From contig JAFKJK010000012.1 of NCBI GenBank assembly GCA_017306015.1, positions 56,537 through 120,536 of the forward strand: a stretch of DNA of 64,000 nt, given 5' to 3'. Position numbers and translations under genes: made by a program. Below, one piece after another: positions 10,999-20,187 of the stretch. Below the pieces are notes generated by a model. The model had not been told where the DNA came from. It searched no databases and saw only the letters and a list, made by a program, of their open reading frames with translations. Position 1 is the stretch's first letter. Every line of letters begins with the position of its first letter. This DNA comes from Propionibacteriaceae bacterium. Lineage in GTDB: Bacteria > Actinomycetota > Actinomycetes > Propionibacteriales > Propionibacteriaceae.

Positions 10999-12366
10999 CT
11001 ACGCGCTTGGCCCACCGCCTACGAGACTCGGAACGGCCCCCTTCTGCTCCGCCAGAGGCAGGGTGAACCGGACGGTCGTGCCCGCTTCGAGCGTCGACTC
11101 GACCCGGAGCTCGCCACCGTGCGCGACGGCGATCTCCCGCGAGGTCAGCAGGCCGACGCCCAGGCCGGTGTCCCGGGCCGAGCGGACGCCCTCCTGCCGC
11201 GCCCGCACCGGCTGGTGTCCCAGCAGCTCGACGACGTCCGGCGCGATCCCCTTGCCGGTGTCGGCGACCGTCACCTCGGCGAGGTCGCCGTCCTCGGTGA
11301 CGGAGACGCTGATGGTGCCGTTGCTGGTGTGCCGGGACGCGTTCGACAGCAGGTTGACCAGCACCTGGGTGATCCGGTCGCGGTCGGCCAGCACGGTCGG
11401 CGCCGAGCTGCCGGGCGGCACCACGAGCGTGTTCCCGTGCTGGGTGAGCAGCGGACGGTAGGCCTGCAGCGTCTGCTGGATCAGCGTGTCCAGGTTCAGC
11501 GGACGCGGATCGACGCTCAGGCGTCCCTCGGTGATCCGGCCGAGGTCGAGCAGCTGGGTCACCAGGTGCGCCAGCCGGTCGGTCTCCGAGCCGATCACCG
11601 TCAGGTCCTCGGCCGCCCGCGAGTCCGTCGCGTCCCGGGAGACGAGATCGAGTTCGGCCTCGTCGGTGTGGGTGCGGATGACCGCCAGCGGGGTGTTCAA
11701 CTCGTGCGCGACCAGGGCGAGGAACTCCGTCCGGGCGGCGTCGATGCGGGCCAGTTCGGCGTTGCGGGAGGTCAGCTGCGCCTTGTTGCGGTCGTACAGC
11801 CGCACGAACAGGCGCAGGCCGATCGCGAGTGCCAGCCCCGTCGCCAGCATCGAGTAGGTCACGTCGACGAACTCCGACAGCGTCGACGGCAGCGGGACGA
11901 CTAGCTCGGGGTGCAGGTAGGCGACGATGAGGCTGGTCGTGAAGACGACCGCCTCCAGCGGGACGAGCACGAACAGGGCGGCGCCGTCGAGGATCATCGC
12001 CGAGAAGGCGAGCGCGAAGACGAACCAGGACGGCATGCCGCTGTTCCAGCCGCCGGAGGCGAAGAACAGCCCGGGGAAGAGCAGCACGAACAGGGTGCCG
12101 ACGGCGATGACGTAGGTGAGCCGGTAGCGGCCGGTGGCTCGGCCGAACAGCATCAGGGCGAGGATCAGCAGGCCGGCGACGAAGTTCAGCAGCACCGTCC
12201 AGGTGGGTGCACCGAGGAAGATGTCGATCACGGCCGACGCCCAGCTGATCGGGACGCCGACCATGGCGGTGACGGCGATCAGCTGCTCGCGGAAGTCGGG
12301 GCCGGACGTGCGCAGCGGGCTCCCGGGCAGCCGGCGGATCCACCGCCAGGCAAACGACTCCGTCAT
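10999..12366 (-). CDS. Sensor histidine kinase with a multi-TM N-terminal domain
   Basis: H-box FLALVAHELNTPLAVI, N-box NLLSNASRHT, G1 DTGKGI, G2 GLGVGL, and five or six N-terminal TM helices. It is convergent with the response regulator gene. Confidence 0.88.
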   Translation of the reverse strand: MTESFAWRWIRRLPGSPLRTSGPDFREQLIAVTAMVGVPISWASAVIDIFLGAPTWTVLLNFVAGLLILALMLFGRATGRYRLTYVIAVGTLFVLLFPGLFFASGGWNSGMPSWFVFALAFSAMILDGAALFVLVPLEAVVFTTSLIVAYLHPELVVPLPSTLSEFVDVTYSMLATGLALAIGLRLFVRLYDRNKAQLTSRNAELARIDAARTEFLALVAHELNTPLAVIRTHTDEAELDLVSRDATDSRAAEDLTVIGSETDRLAHLVTQLLDLGRITEGRLSVDPRPLNLDTLIQQTLQAYRPLLTQHGNTLVVPPGSSAPTVLADRDRITQVLVNLLSNASRHTSNGTISVSVTEDGDLAEVTVADTGKGIAPDVVELLGHQPVRARQEGVRSARDTGLGVGLLTSREIAVAHGGELRVESTLEAGTTVRFTLPLAEQKGAVPSLVGGGPSA

Positions 12367-12529
12367 GGCCAGACCCTACTTCGCTGGGTGGGGACGCGTC
12401 CGATTCAACTCCTGCTGCGCAGGCTTACCCCCCGCGGATAAAAGCCCTTTGATTCGTGGCCGACACGAGGCGTGGGTTTCGCATGCTCGTCCCGATGCGC
12501 CGCGAACGCCGGCGCGCGTAGGGGGAATC

Positions 12530-14332
12530 ATGCGAAGGCTCGCCTCAGTCCTGGCCGCGGCAGTACTGGTCGCGACCGGACTGCTCAGCGTCCCGGCCAC
12601 GACGGCGCAGGCTGCGCCCACCTGGTACGACGGCGCGATCCAGTACTCCTCGATCATCAACTGCCCGTCGATGATCGGCGGCTATCCGTACACCGAGAAG
12701 GGCGTCGGCACCTACGCCGGCTATCGCGCGGATCCCTCGGCGACCTATCCCGCGCCCGGCGACATCTACTGGGTCCACCTCGTGGTCGCCGGGATGGGCC
12801 TGCCGTGCAGCGGTGGGAGCCGCGTCCTGCCCAGCCTGGTGCTGCCGGCGAACACCTCGCTGGCGGTCGACGCAACGCACAAGATCACCTGCTACGCCAC
12901 CGGCGCCCTGGACACCGGGGACTGCCCGACCACCCTGGCGACCGGCGGTCCCAGCGGGTCGCTGTACATCCTCTCCCCGGACACCGCGAACGGACGGACC
13001 TGGCCGCTGCCCCAGGGCAAGAACTTCGAGTTCCAGATCCCGGTGCAGTCGGACCGTCCGCTCACATCCTCGATCTTCGGGTTCTACGTCCAGGTCGCGG
13101 ACGGCAATGCCAACCCGACCCTGATCCCCACCCAGAACGCCTATGTGTACGCCAAGGCTCCCGCGGTCACCTACCCGGCACCGTCGACGACCGGCATCGG
13201 CAACACCGCGGCGGTCTCCAACGCGGTCCTGTATTCCGGCGGCAGCGCCGGGACGGGCTACTTCGACATTGGAACCACGACGTCCTACGGGCTGTTCAGC
13301 GACTCCATCTCGGTGCCGGCCGGTGGCCCGTACTTCACCGTGAACACTGACTGGAAGACCTCCGGCGGGACCTCGGTCCTGCAGCCGGGCACGACCTATC
13401 ACTGGCGGTTCCGTTACGTCACGTCCAGTGGCACCTACTCCGGCGCCGACCAGACCTTCACGACGACCGGGACGGCTGGCGGCGGAACCGGCGGCGGAAC
13501 CGGCGGCGGGACTGGCGGCGGCACGGGTGGCGGGACCGGCGGCGGGACCGGCGGCGGAACCGGCGGCGGGACCGGTGGCGGGACTGGCGGCGGCACGGGT
13601 GGCGGAACCGGCGGCGGCACGGGTGGCGGTACCGGCGGCGGAACCGGCGGCGGAACCGGCGGCGGGACCGGCGGCGGGACCGGTGGCGGCTCGACCGTGA
13701 CCTCACCGGCGACCGCGTCCGTCGTCACCTGGTCGCTCGCCAGCAAGGCGAAGGTGACCTGGAAGACGACGTCGGGCGCGAAGCCGTCGAAGTACGACGT
13801 CCGCTATCGGGTGGCCAGCGCGACCGGCGGCTACGGCTCCTACAAGACGTGGAAGTCCAAGACCAAGGCGAAGTCGGCCAAGCTCACGGTGAAGCTCGGG
13901 AAGTCGTACTGCTTCTCGTCGCGGGCGCGGTACTCGAACGGCACGCTGTCGACGTGGAGCGCAGAGACCTGCACGTCCACCGCACTGGACGACCGCAAGC
14001 TCGTCCGGTCCGGGTCCTGGAAGAAGGAGAAGGCCAAGAAGGCGATCGCCAAGACGGTCTCGACGAGTACCGCTGCCGGCAGCAGCCTGACCGCCCGGCA
14101 CGCACCGGTGAAGCGGTTGGCGCTGGTCTACACCCGGGGAGCCGGCTTCGGCTCGGTCACGGTGAGCGTCGGCGGGACCAACCTGGGCACGTTCAGCCTG
14201 GCCGGAGGCAAGAGGACGAAGGCCGTCCTGACACTGCCGGCGCTGGGTTCCACGGTGACGGGGGACGTCGTGGTCACGACCACCGGTGGTGCGAAGGTCG
14301 TCATCGACGCGTTACTGCTCTCGCGTCAGTGA
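12530..14332 (+). CDS. Secreted multidomain protein: unknown N-terminal domain, FN3-like domain, (GGGT)x18 linker, FN3-like domain, C-terminal beta-rich domain
   Basis: From ORF 12134..14332, trimmed to ATG 12530, which gives the signal peptide MRRLASVLAAAVLVATGLLSVPATTAQA. FN3-like stretches are LQPGTTYHWRFRYVTSSGTYSGADQTFTT and KPSKYDVRYRVAS...YCFSSRARYSNGTLSTWS. Confidence 0.8.
   Translation: MRRLASVLAAAVLVATGLLSVPATTAQAAPTWYDGAIQYSSIINCPSMIGGYPYTEKGVGTYAGYRADPSATYPAPGDIYWVHLVVAGMGLPCSGGSRVLPSLVLPANTSLAVDATHKITCYATGALDTGDCPTTLATGGPSGSLYILSPDTANGRTWPLPQGKNFEFQIPVQSDRPLTSSIFGFYVQVADGNANPTLIPTQNAYVYAKAPAVTYPAPSTTGIGNTAAVSNAVLYSGGSAGTGYFDIGTTTSYGLFSDSISVPAGGPYFTVNTDWKTSGGTSVLQPGTTYHWRFRYVTSSGTYSGADQTFTTTGTAGGGTGGGTGGGTGGGTGGGTGGGTGGGTGGGTGGGTGGGTGGGTGGGTGGGTGGGTGGGTGGGTGGGTGGGSTVTSPATASVVTWSLASKAKVTWKTTSGAKPSKYDVRYRVASATGGYGSYKTWKSKTKAKSAKLTVKLGKSYCFSSRARYSNGTLSTWSAETCTSTALDDRKLVRSGSWKKEKAKKAIAKTVSTSTAAGSSLTARHAPVKRLALVYTRGAGFGSVTVSVGGTNLGTFSLAGGKRTKAVLTLPALGSTVTGDVVVTTTGGAKVVIDALLLSRQ
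13476..13692. repeat. 12-bp coding tandem repeat, about 18 copies, encoding (GGGT)n
   Basis: ggcggcggaacc-type units with synonymous variation (gga/ggg/ggc/ggt; acc/act/acg). The peptide repeat itself is perfect. Confidence 0.92.
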
Positions 14333-14437
14333 CGTCCTGAGGTGCGCCGGGGACCGTGGCCAGGGCGGTCCCCGGCGTCCGCACGCGGGCGGCGTCCCGT
14401 CTGCAGGTTGCGACGCGCGGGTTCAGACCGGCGTCGG

Positions 14438-14615
14438 TGAACGAAAGTACCTGTCCCCGACGGTTCACCGGCGAACGAGAGTACCTGTCCCCGACGGTTC
14501 ACCTGGGCCTGAACGAAAGTACCTGTCCCCAACGGTTCACCTGGGCCTGAACGAAAGTACCTGTCCCCGACGGTTCACCTGGGCCTGAACGAAAGTACCT
14601 GTCCCCGACGGTTCA
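14438..14615. repeat. Family-1 repeat cluster B: five same-orientation copies, three of them in a 38-bp tandem period
   Basis: tgaacgaaagtacctgtccccgacggttca repeated, with the conserved 8-nt linker cctgggcc. Confidence 0.9.
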
Positions 14616-14634
14616 GGTGGGCTAGCTTTGCTGC

Positions 14635-15750
14635 ATGCGCATCGTGGCGCTGGGAGCCTCCGGGAACGCCGGACGCGAGATCGCGGTCCTGCTCGGCCCC
14701 GGGCTGGTGGCGTCCGACGAACTGGTGCTCGCCGGTCGCGACCCCGCGAAACTCGCCAGGAGCGCCGAGGCGGTGGCGAGCCCGGCGAGCGTGACCACCG
14801 GCCGCGTGGACGTCACCGACCTGGATGCCGTCCGCGAACTGGTCACCGGTGCCGACCTGGTCGTCGTCACGGTCAGCCGTCCCGACCTCGTCAAAGACCT
14901 CGCCCGGATCGTGCTGGACGCGGACGCTGACTGGTTCGACACGATGCTCTCCACCCCCGGCAAGCTCGCGGCGCTGCAGGCGCTGGCCGGCGAGATCGCC
15001 GACGCGGGACGCTGCTTCGTGACCGACGGCGGCTTCCATCCCGGACTGCCGGCCGTCCTGGTGCGCTGGGCCGCCGGCCGGCTGGACGAGCTGATCGAGG
15101 CCGACGTGTTCGCCGCCATGCGGATGGACTGGCGCGCCGACACCCTCGCCGACTCCACCGTGGCCGAGATGTTCGACGAGTTCGCCGACTTCGACCTTGT
15201 CGCCTGGGTGGACGGCGAGTCCCGCCGGCTGCGCGGACGCGAGTGCCCGAGCGTCGACTTCGGCCCGCCGATCGGCCGCAAGGCCTGCGTCCCGATGCGG
15301 CTGGCCGAGATGGACGCCCTGCCCGGGCTCTACCCGGGCCTGCGCCGGTGCGGCTTCTACATCGGCGGCTTCAGCCCGGCGATGGACTACCTCGTCCTGC
15401 CGGTGCTGATGGGGATGGCGAAGGTGCAGGCCCTGCGCCCGCCGGCGATCCGGCTCGCCCGCTGGTCGTTCCGCCGGCTGGCCACCTATCCGCCGCCGTA
15501 CCGCCTCGTCGTCCGGCTCGACGCCACCGGCACCCGGGACGGACGGCCGGCCACCGCGTCGGTCAGCGTCCAGGGCGAGGACGGCTACCTGCTCACCGCC
15601 GCCCCGGCCGTCACCTGCCTGCGCGGGATGCTGGACGGCTCGATCCGCCGTCCGGGCGTGCACCTCCAGGCCAGCCTCGTCGATCCCGACCCGTTCCTGC
15701 GCGAACTGGCCGCCTTCGGCCTGGACGTGCGCCAGGACACAAGCGGCTGA
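14635..15750 (+). CDS. Saccharopine dehydrogenase-like NAD(P)-binding protein
   Basis: 371 aa. N-terminal Rossmann motif MRIVALGASGNAGREIA and the overall layout resemble the saccharopine dehydrogenase NADP-binding family. Function unknown. Confidence 0.6.
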   Translation: MRIVALGASGNAGREIAVLLGPGLVASDELVLAGRDPAKLARSAEAVASPASVTTGRVDVTDLDAVRELVTGADLVVVTVSRPDLVKDLARIVLDADADWFDTMLSTPGKLAALQALAGEIADAGRCFVTDGGFHPGLPAVLVRWAAGRLDELIEADVFAAMRMDWRADTLADSTVAEMFDEFADFDLVAWVDGESRRLRGRECPSVDFGPPIGRKACVPMRLAEMDALPGLYPGLRRCGFYIGGFSPAMDYLVLPVLMGMAKVQALRPPAIRLARWSFRRLATYPPPYRLVVRLDATGTRDGRPATASVSVQGEDGYLLTAAPAVTCLRGMLDGSIRRPGVHLQASLVDPDPFLRELAAFGLDVRQDTSG

Positions 15751-15897
15751 CCCGGCTCCGGCGCATTCCCACGCCTACCCCGGACGCGCCCCGAGCCGGC
15801 GCACCGCGAGGCAGTGCGACGGGCCACTGTTCGAACGGCCCAGCCGGCCGCCGCGTCCCTTCACCGTCGGCCAGCGCCGAGTGCGGAGTGAGCTGGC

Positions 15898-17331
15898 TCA
15901 GAGCACCGAGCCCGGTACGTACGCGGCCCCCGCCGGGTACTGCGCGGCCAGTTCGGCCACCCGGGCCGCGATCGCGTCCACCTGGTCGCGCGCGGAGCCG
16001 GTGAGTTCGAGCGGGTCGACCACGACCGCGTCCAGTTGTTCACGGGTGAGGCCGAGCCGGGGGTCGGCGGCCAGCCGGTCGTAGAGGTCGTTGGCGGCCG
16101 CGCCGGAACGCATCGCCAATGCGACCGACACCGCGTGCTCCTTGATGGCCTCGTGGGCGGCCTCGCGTCCCACCCCCGCCCGGACGGCGGCCATCAGCAC
16201 CTTCGTCGTGGTCAGGAACGGCAGGTACCGCTCCAACTCCGCCTCGATCACCGCGGGGAACGCGCCGAACTCGGCCAGCACCGTGAGGAACGTCTCGAAC
16301 AGCCCATCGAGCGCGTAGCAGGCGTCCGGCAGGGCCACCCGACGGACCACCGAGCAGGAGACGTCCCCCTCGTTCCACTGGTTGCCGGCCAGCTCGCCGG
16401 CCATCGACGCGTAGCCGCGCAGCACCACCATCAGGCCGTTCACCCGCTCGCACGAGCGGGTGTTCATCTTGTGCGGCATCGCCGACGAGCCGACTTGGCC
16501 TTCGGCGAAGCCCTCGGTGACCAGCTCCTGGCCGGCCATCAGCCGGATCGTCGTCGCCAGGCTGGACGGCCCCGCGGCCACCTGCACCAGTGCGGTGAGC
16601 ACCTCGTAGTCGAGCGAGCGCGGGTACACCTGGCCGGTCGCGGTGAACACGCCGCCGAAGCCGAGATGACCAGCGACCTTCTGCTCGAGCTGGGCGAGCT
16701 TGGCGGCGTCCCCGCCGAGCAGGTCGAGCATGTCCTGGGCGGTGCCCATGGGGCCCTTGATGCCGCGCGCCGGGTAGCGTCCGATCAGCCCGTCGACGCG
16801 GTCGAAGGCGACCAGCAGCTCGTCCGCTGCGTTGGCGAACCGCTTGCCGAGCGTGGTGGTCTGCGCGGCGACGTTGTGGGAACGTCCGGCCATCGGCAGG
16901 TCGCGGTACTGGACGGCCAACCGGGCGAGGTTCACCAGCACCGTGACCATCCGCTCGCGGACCAGTTCGAGCGAGCTGAGCAACTGGCGCTGCTCGATGT
17001 TCTCGGTCAGGTCGCGGCTGGTCATGCCCTTGTGGATGTGCTCGTGCCCGGCGAGCGCGTTGAACTCCTCGATCCGGGCCTTCACGTCGTGCCTGGTGAC
17101 GCGTTCACGGGCGTCGATGGACGTCAGGTCGACCTGTTCGAGCACGCGTTCGTAGTCGGCGATCACGGCGGCCGGATCGTCCCCTCCGAAGTCGACGCCG
17201 AGCTCGGCCTGCGCCCGCAACACAGCGATCCACAGCCGCCGCTCGGCCACGATCTTCGCCTCAGGAGACCAGATCTCCCGCATCGGCGCGGACGCATACC
17301 GGTTCGCCAGCACATCGGGAATGGTGGTCAT
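15898..17331 (-). CDS. purB: Adenylosuccinate lyase
   Basis: 477 aa; fumarate-lyase superfamily signature GSSAMPHKMNTRSCE and a typical PurB N-terminus (LANRYASAPMREIWS). Confidence 0.93.
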   Translation of the reverse strand: MTTIPDVLANRYASAPMREIWSPEAKIVAERRLWIAVLRAQAELGVDFGGDDPAAVIADYERVLEQVDLTSIDARERVTRHDVKARIEEFNALAGHEHIHKGMTSRDLTENIEQRQLLSSLELVRERMVTVLVNLARLAVQYRDLPMAGRSHNVAAQTTTLGKRFANAADELLVAFDRVDGLIGRYPARGIKGPMGTAQDMLDLLGGDAAKLAQLEQKVAGHLGFGGVFTATGQVYPRSLDYEVLTALVQVAAGPSSLATTIRLMAGQELVTEGFAEGQVGSSAMPHKMNTRSCERVNGLMVVLRGYASMAGELAGNQWNEGDVSCSVVRRVALPDACYALDGLFETFLTVLAEFGAFPAVIEAELERYLPFLTTTKVLMAAVRAGVGREAAHEAIKEHAVSVALAMRSGAAANDLYDRLAADPRLGLTREQLDAVVVDPLELTGSARDQVDAIAARVAELAAQYPAGAAYVPGSVL

Positions 17332-18782
17332 CGGCTACTCCCTGTCTCTTCCGATCCGCTCTCGCCAGCGTCGGGCCTCCCGCTGTCGCCCCGCCCGCTC
17401 CCGCCAGCGTCGGGCATCTCGCTGCCGCCCGGCGCGCTCTCACCATCCGGCGGTCCACTTTCGCCGCCCCCGGACCTCTCGGCACCGTCCGGCTGGGACG
17501 CTGCCTGGGCCCCGGCGGCTTCGCGGCCCGGGGGTAGCGTCGCGGGGTAGGTGAGGGACGAGGCGGCCGTCAGCGCGATGTCGGAGCGGTGGAAGCCGCC
17601 GGGAAGAGTGATTCCAGCGACCTTGGCGTAGGCGGCGTCCCGGGCTTCGGCGAGGGTGTCGCCGGTCCCGACGACGGTGAGGACGCGGCCGCCGGCGCTG
17701 ACCAGCTGGCCGGAGGCGTCCAGCGCCGTCCCGGCGTGGAAGACGCCCTCGGTGTCGACGCTCGTGATCGGATCGCCCTTGCGCGGCGCGTCCGGGTAGC
17801 CGGATGCTGCGATGACGACGCCCACCGCTGCCCCGCTGCCCCATTCGAGCGGCGGGTGGTCGGTCAGCGTCCCGGTGGCCGCGGCGTACAGCACCCCGCT
17901 GAGCGGGGTCTTCAGCCTGGTCAGCAGCGGTTGGGTCTCGGGGTCGCCGAAGCGGGCGTTGAACTCCACCACCCGGACGCCCCGCGACGTGAGAGCCAGT
18001 CCGGCGTACAGCAGCCCCACGAACGGCGTCCCGCGGCGGCGCAACTCGTCGATCGTCGGCTGGATCACCGTCGCGACGACCTCATCGGTGAGCCCCGCCG
18101 GTGCCCACGGCAACGGGGTGTACGCGCCCATGCCCCCGGTGTTGGGGCCGGTGTCGCCGTCCCCGACGCGCTTGAAGTCCTGCGCCGGCTCGAACGGCAG
18201 GACGCTGGCGCCGTCGCTCAGCGCGAACAGGCTCACCTCCGGCCCGTCGAGGTACTCCTCGATCAGCACCCGTCGGCAGCTCGCGGCGTGCCGGATGGCA
18301 GCGTTCCGGTCGTCGGTGACGAGGACGCCCTTGCCGGCGGCCAGGCCGTCGTCCTTGACCACGTACGGCGGTCCGAACTCGTCGAGCGCCGCGACCACCT
18401 CGCCCATGTCCAGGCAGAGTCGGGCGTCGGCGGTGGGGACGCCGGCCGCCTCCATGATCTCTTTGGCGAAGGCCTTGCTGCCCTCCAGCTGGGCAGCATC
18501 GGCCGATGGCCCGAAGACGGCGATTCCCCTTGTCCGGACGGCATCCGCGACACCGGCGACCAGTGGTGCCTCCGGCCCGACGACCACCAGGTCGGCGTCC
18601 AGCTCGACGGCTAGCGCCGCGACCGCGTCCGGGTTCATCGGGTCGACCGGGTGGTTGGTGCCGACGCTCGCCGTCCCCGGGTTTCCGGGCGCGATGTGCA
18701 CCTGGGAGACCTGCGGGTCGCGGCTCAGCGCCCAGGCCAGCGCGTGCTCGCGTCCTCCGGAACCGATGACCAGCGTCTTCAC
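17328..18782 (-). CDS. purD: Phosphoribosylamine-glycine ligase with a ~75-aa low-complexity C-terminal tail
   Basis: [19 protein letters not shown], an ATP-grasp core and GGRVLTVVG. Conserved sequence ends near [11 protein letters not shown], followed by a G/S/E/P/D-rich tail. The stop overlaps the purB start (ATGA at 17328-17331). Confidence 0.9.
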   Translation of the reverse strand: MKTLVIGSGGREHALAWALSRDPQVSQVHIAPGNPGTASVGTNHPVDPMNPDAVAALAVELDADLVVVGPEAPLVAGVADAVRTRGIAVFGPSADAAQLEGSKAFAKEIMEAAGVPTADARLCLDMGEVVAALDEFGPPYVVKDDGLAAGKGVLVTDDRNAAIRHAASCRRVLIEEYLDGPEVSLFALSDGASVLPFEPAQDFKRVGDGDTGPNTGGMGAYTPLPWAPAGLTDEVVATVIQPTIDELRRRGTPFVGLLYAGLALTSRGVRVVEFNARFGDPETQPLLTRLKTPLSGVLYAAATGTLTDHPPLEWGSGAAVGVVIAASGYPDAPRKGDPITSVDTEGVFHAGTALDASGQLVSAGGRVLTVVGTGDTLAEARDAAYAKVAGITLPGGFHRSDIALTAASSLTYPATLPPGREAAGAQAASQPDGAERSGGGESGPPDGESAPGGSEMPDAGGSGRGDSGRPDAGESGSEETGSSR

Positions 18783-18890
18783 GCACCGATCCTATCGGCG
18801 GGGTATCCGACCGGATCTGCACGCTCGATGCTGCGAAATGGCCCCAGGCGGGTCGACTCACCGTCCAGAGTGCAAATCCGGTCGCAGCCC

Positions 18891-19469
18891 TCAGCCCAGC
18901 CGCGTCCGGTGGAAGCTCTCGAACGAGCGGGAGGCGGTGGGCCCACGCTGGCCCTGGTAGCGGTTGCCGTAGGGCCCGGTGCCGTACGGATGCTCGGCGG
19001 GCGAGGACAGCCGGAAGAAGCAGAACTGGCCGACTTTCATCCCCGGCCAGAGCTTGATGGGCAGGGTGGCGACATTCGACAGCTCCAGCGTGACGTGGCC
19101 GGTGAACCCCGGGTCTACGAAGCCGGCCGTGGAGTGGGTGAGCAGTCCCAGCCGTCCCAGGGACGACTTGCCCTCCAACCGCGCTGCGATGTCATCGGGC
19201 AGCGTGATCACCTCGTAGGTGGACGCGAGCACGAACTCGCCCGGGTGCAGGATGAACGGCTCGTCGGAGGCCACCTCGACCAGGCGGGTCAGCTCGGGCT
19301 GCTCCTCGGCCGGGTCGATGAAGGGATACCGGTGGTTGTCGAACAGCCGGAAGTACCGGTCGAGCCGGACGTCGATGCTGGCGGGCTGCACCATCTCGGC
19401 GTCCCACGGGTCGAGGACGATTCGCCCCGCGTCGACCTCGGCGCGGATGTCGCGGTCACTGAGCAGCAC
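18891..19469 (-). CDS. dcd: dCTP deaminase
   Basis: 192 aa; MLLSDRDI...[10 protein letters not shown]...[17 protein letters not shown] is typical of Dcd. Confidence 0.92.
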   Translation of the reverse strand: MLLSDRDIRAEVDAGRIVLDPWDAEMVQPASIDVRLDRYFRLFDNHRYPFIDPAEEQPELTRLVEVASDEPFILHPGEFVLASTYEVITLPDDIAARLEGKSSLGRLGLLTHSTAGFVDPGFTGHVTLELSNVATLPIKLWPGMKVGQFCFFRLSSPAEHPYGTGPYGNRYQGQRGPTASRSFESFHRTRLG

Positions 19470-19485
19470 CCGCCCAGCGTACGGG

Positions 19486-19905
19486 TGAACCGTGGGGACA
19501 GGTACTTCGGTTCACAGCGGCAACTCACCTGGGGGCAGGTGAACCGCGGGGACAGGTACCTCGATTCAGGAGACCGAGCCTGAACCACCGGGGACAGGTA
19601 CCTCGGTTCAGGAGACCGCGCTGACCTGCGGCCGCGCCCTGCCGCCAAGGCTCGGCCTGCGCCGAAGGCTGCTCGCCTCCGCGACACACTCGCAGCATCA
19701 GCGACGGACGGACCGCCTCGGACGGCCAGCATCATTCACTGCGCCCGCAAACGTGTCGCAACGCGGCGAGCCTGAGCCATCGGGGACGGCCTGAACCATC
19801 GGGGACAGGTACCTCGGTTCAGGAGACCGAGCCTGACCATCGGGGACAGGTACCCCAGTTCACACAGGCGAGCCTGCACCCATCGGGGACAGGTAGCTCG
19901 GTTCA
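19486..19905. repeat. Family-1 repeat cluster C (six full copies and one partial, all forward, with a ~160-bp unique interruption)
   Basis: Copies start at 19486, 19540, 19581, 19792, 19834 and 19875. Several share the linker ggagaccgagcc. Confidence 0.85.
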
Positions 19906-19958
19906 GACAGGCGGACGCTACCTCGACGCAGGCGCAGGACGGCGGTCCCTCCGCCCGC

Positions 19959-20078
19959 GACCCCGGGCGCCATCCCGCCAACGACCCCGACCCCGGGCAC
20001 CATCGCACCAACGACCCCGACCCCGGGCACCATCAAACCAACGACCCCCACCCCGGGCACCATCGCGCCCGCAACCCG
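19959..20078. repeat. 30-bp tandem repeat x4 upstream of the ABC substrate-binding protein gene
   Basis: gaccccgggcaccatcgcaccaacgacccc and variants, starting at 19959, 19989, 20019 and 20049. Confidence 0.85.
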
Positions 20079-20187
20079 CCCCCCGACCGTGATCAGACCG
20101 TAACCAGAAAGCCCCTTTTCAGTTACAAGGTTTCCAGTTAGGCTGCGAGCAACCGCCGAAGTCGCCGGAACCAGCTGAAGGAGCCAG

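Noticed and set aside
12134-12529. N-terminal 132 codons of ORF 12134..14332
   Set aside because: This part overlaps the 5' end of the histidine kinase gene on the other strand. A canonical signal peptide begins at ATG 12530, so the upstream part is treated as non-coding.
14438-14615. The family-1 repeat clusters (also 8229-8425, 19486-19905, 29366-29658, 50368-50487, 54087-54235) as CRISPR arrays
   Set aside because: The gaps between the 30-nt repeats are only about 4-15 nt within the tandem runs and are identical within a cluster, so there are no unique 30-40 nt spacers. Three clusters mix both orientations. No cas genes or leader-like sequence are present in the window.
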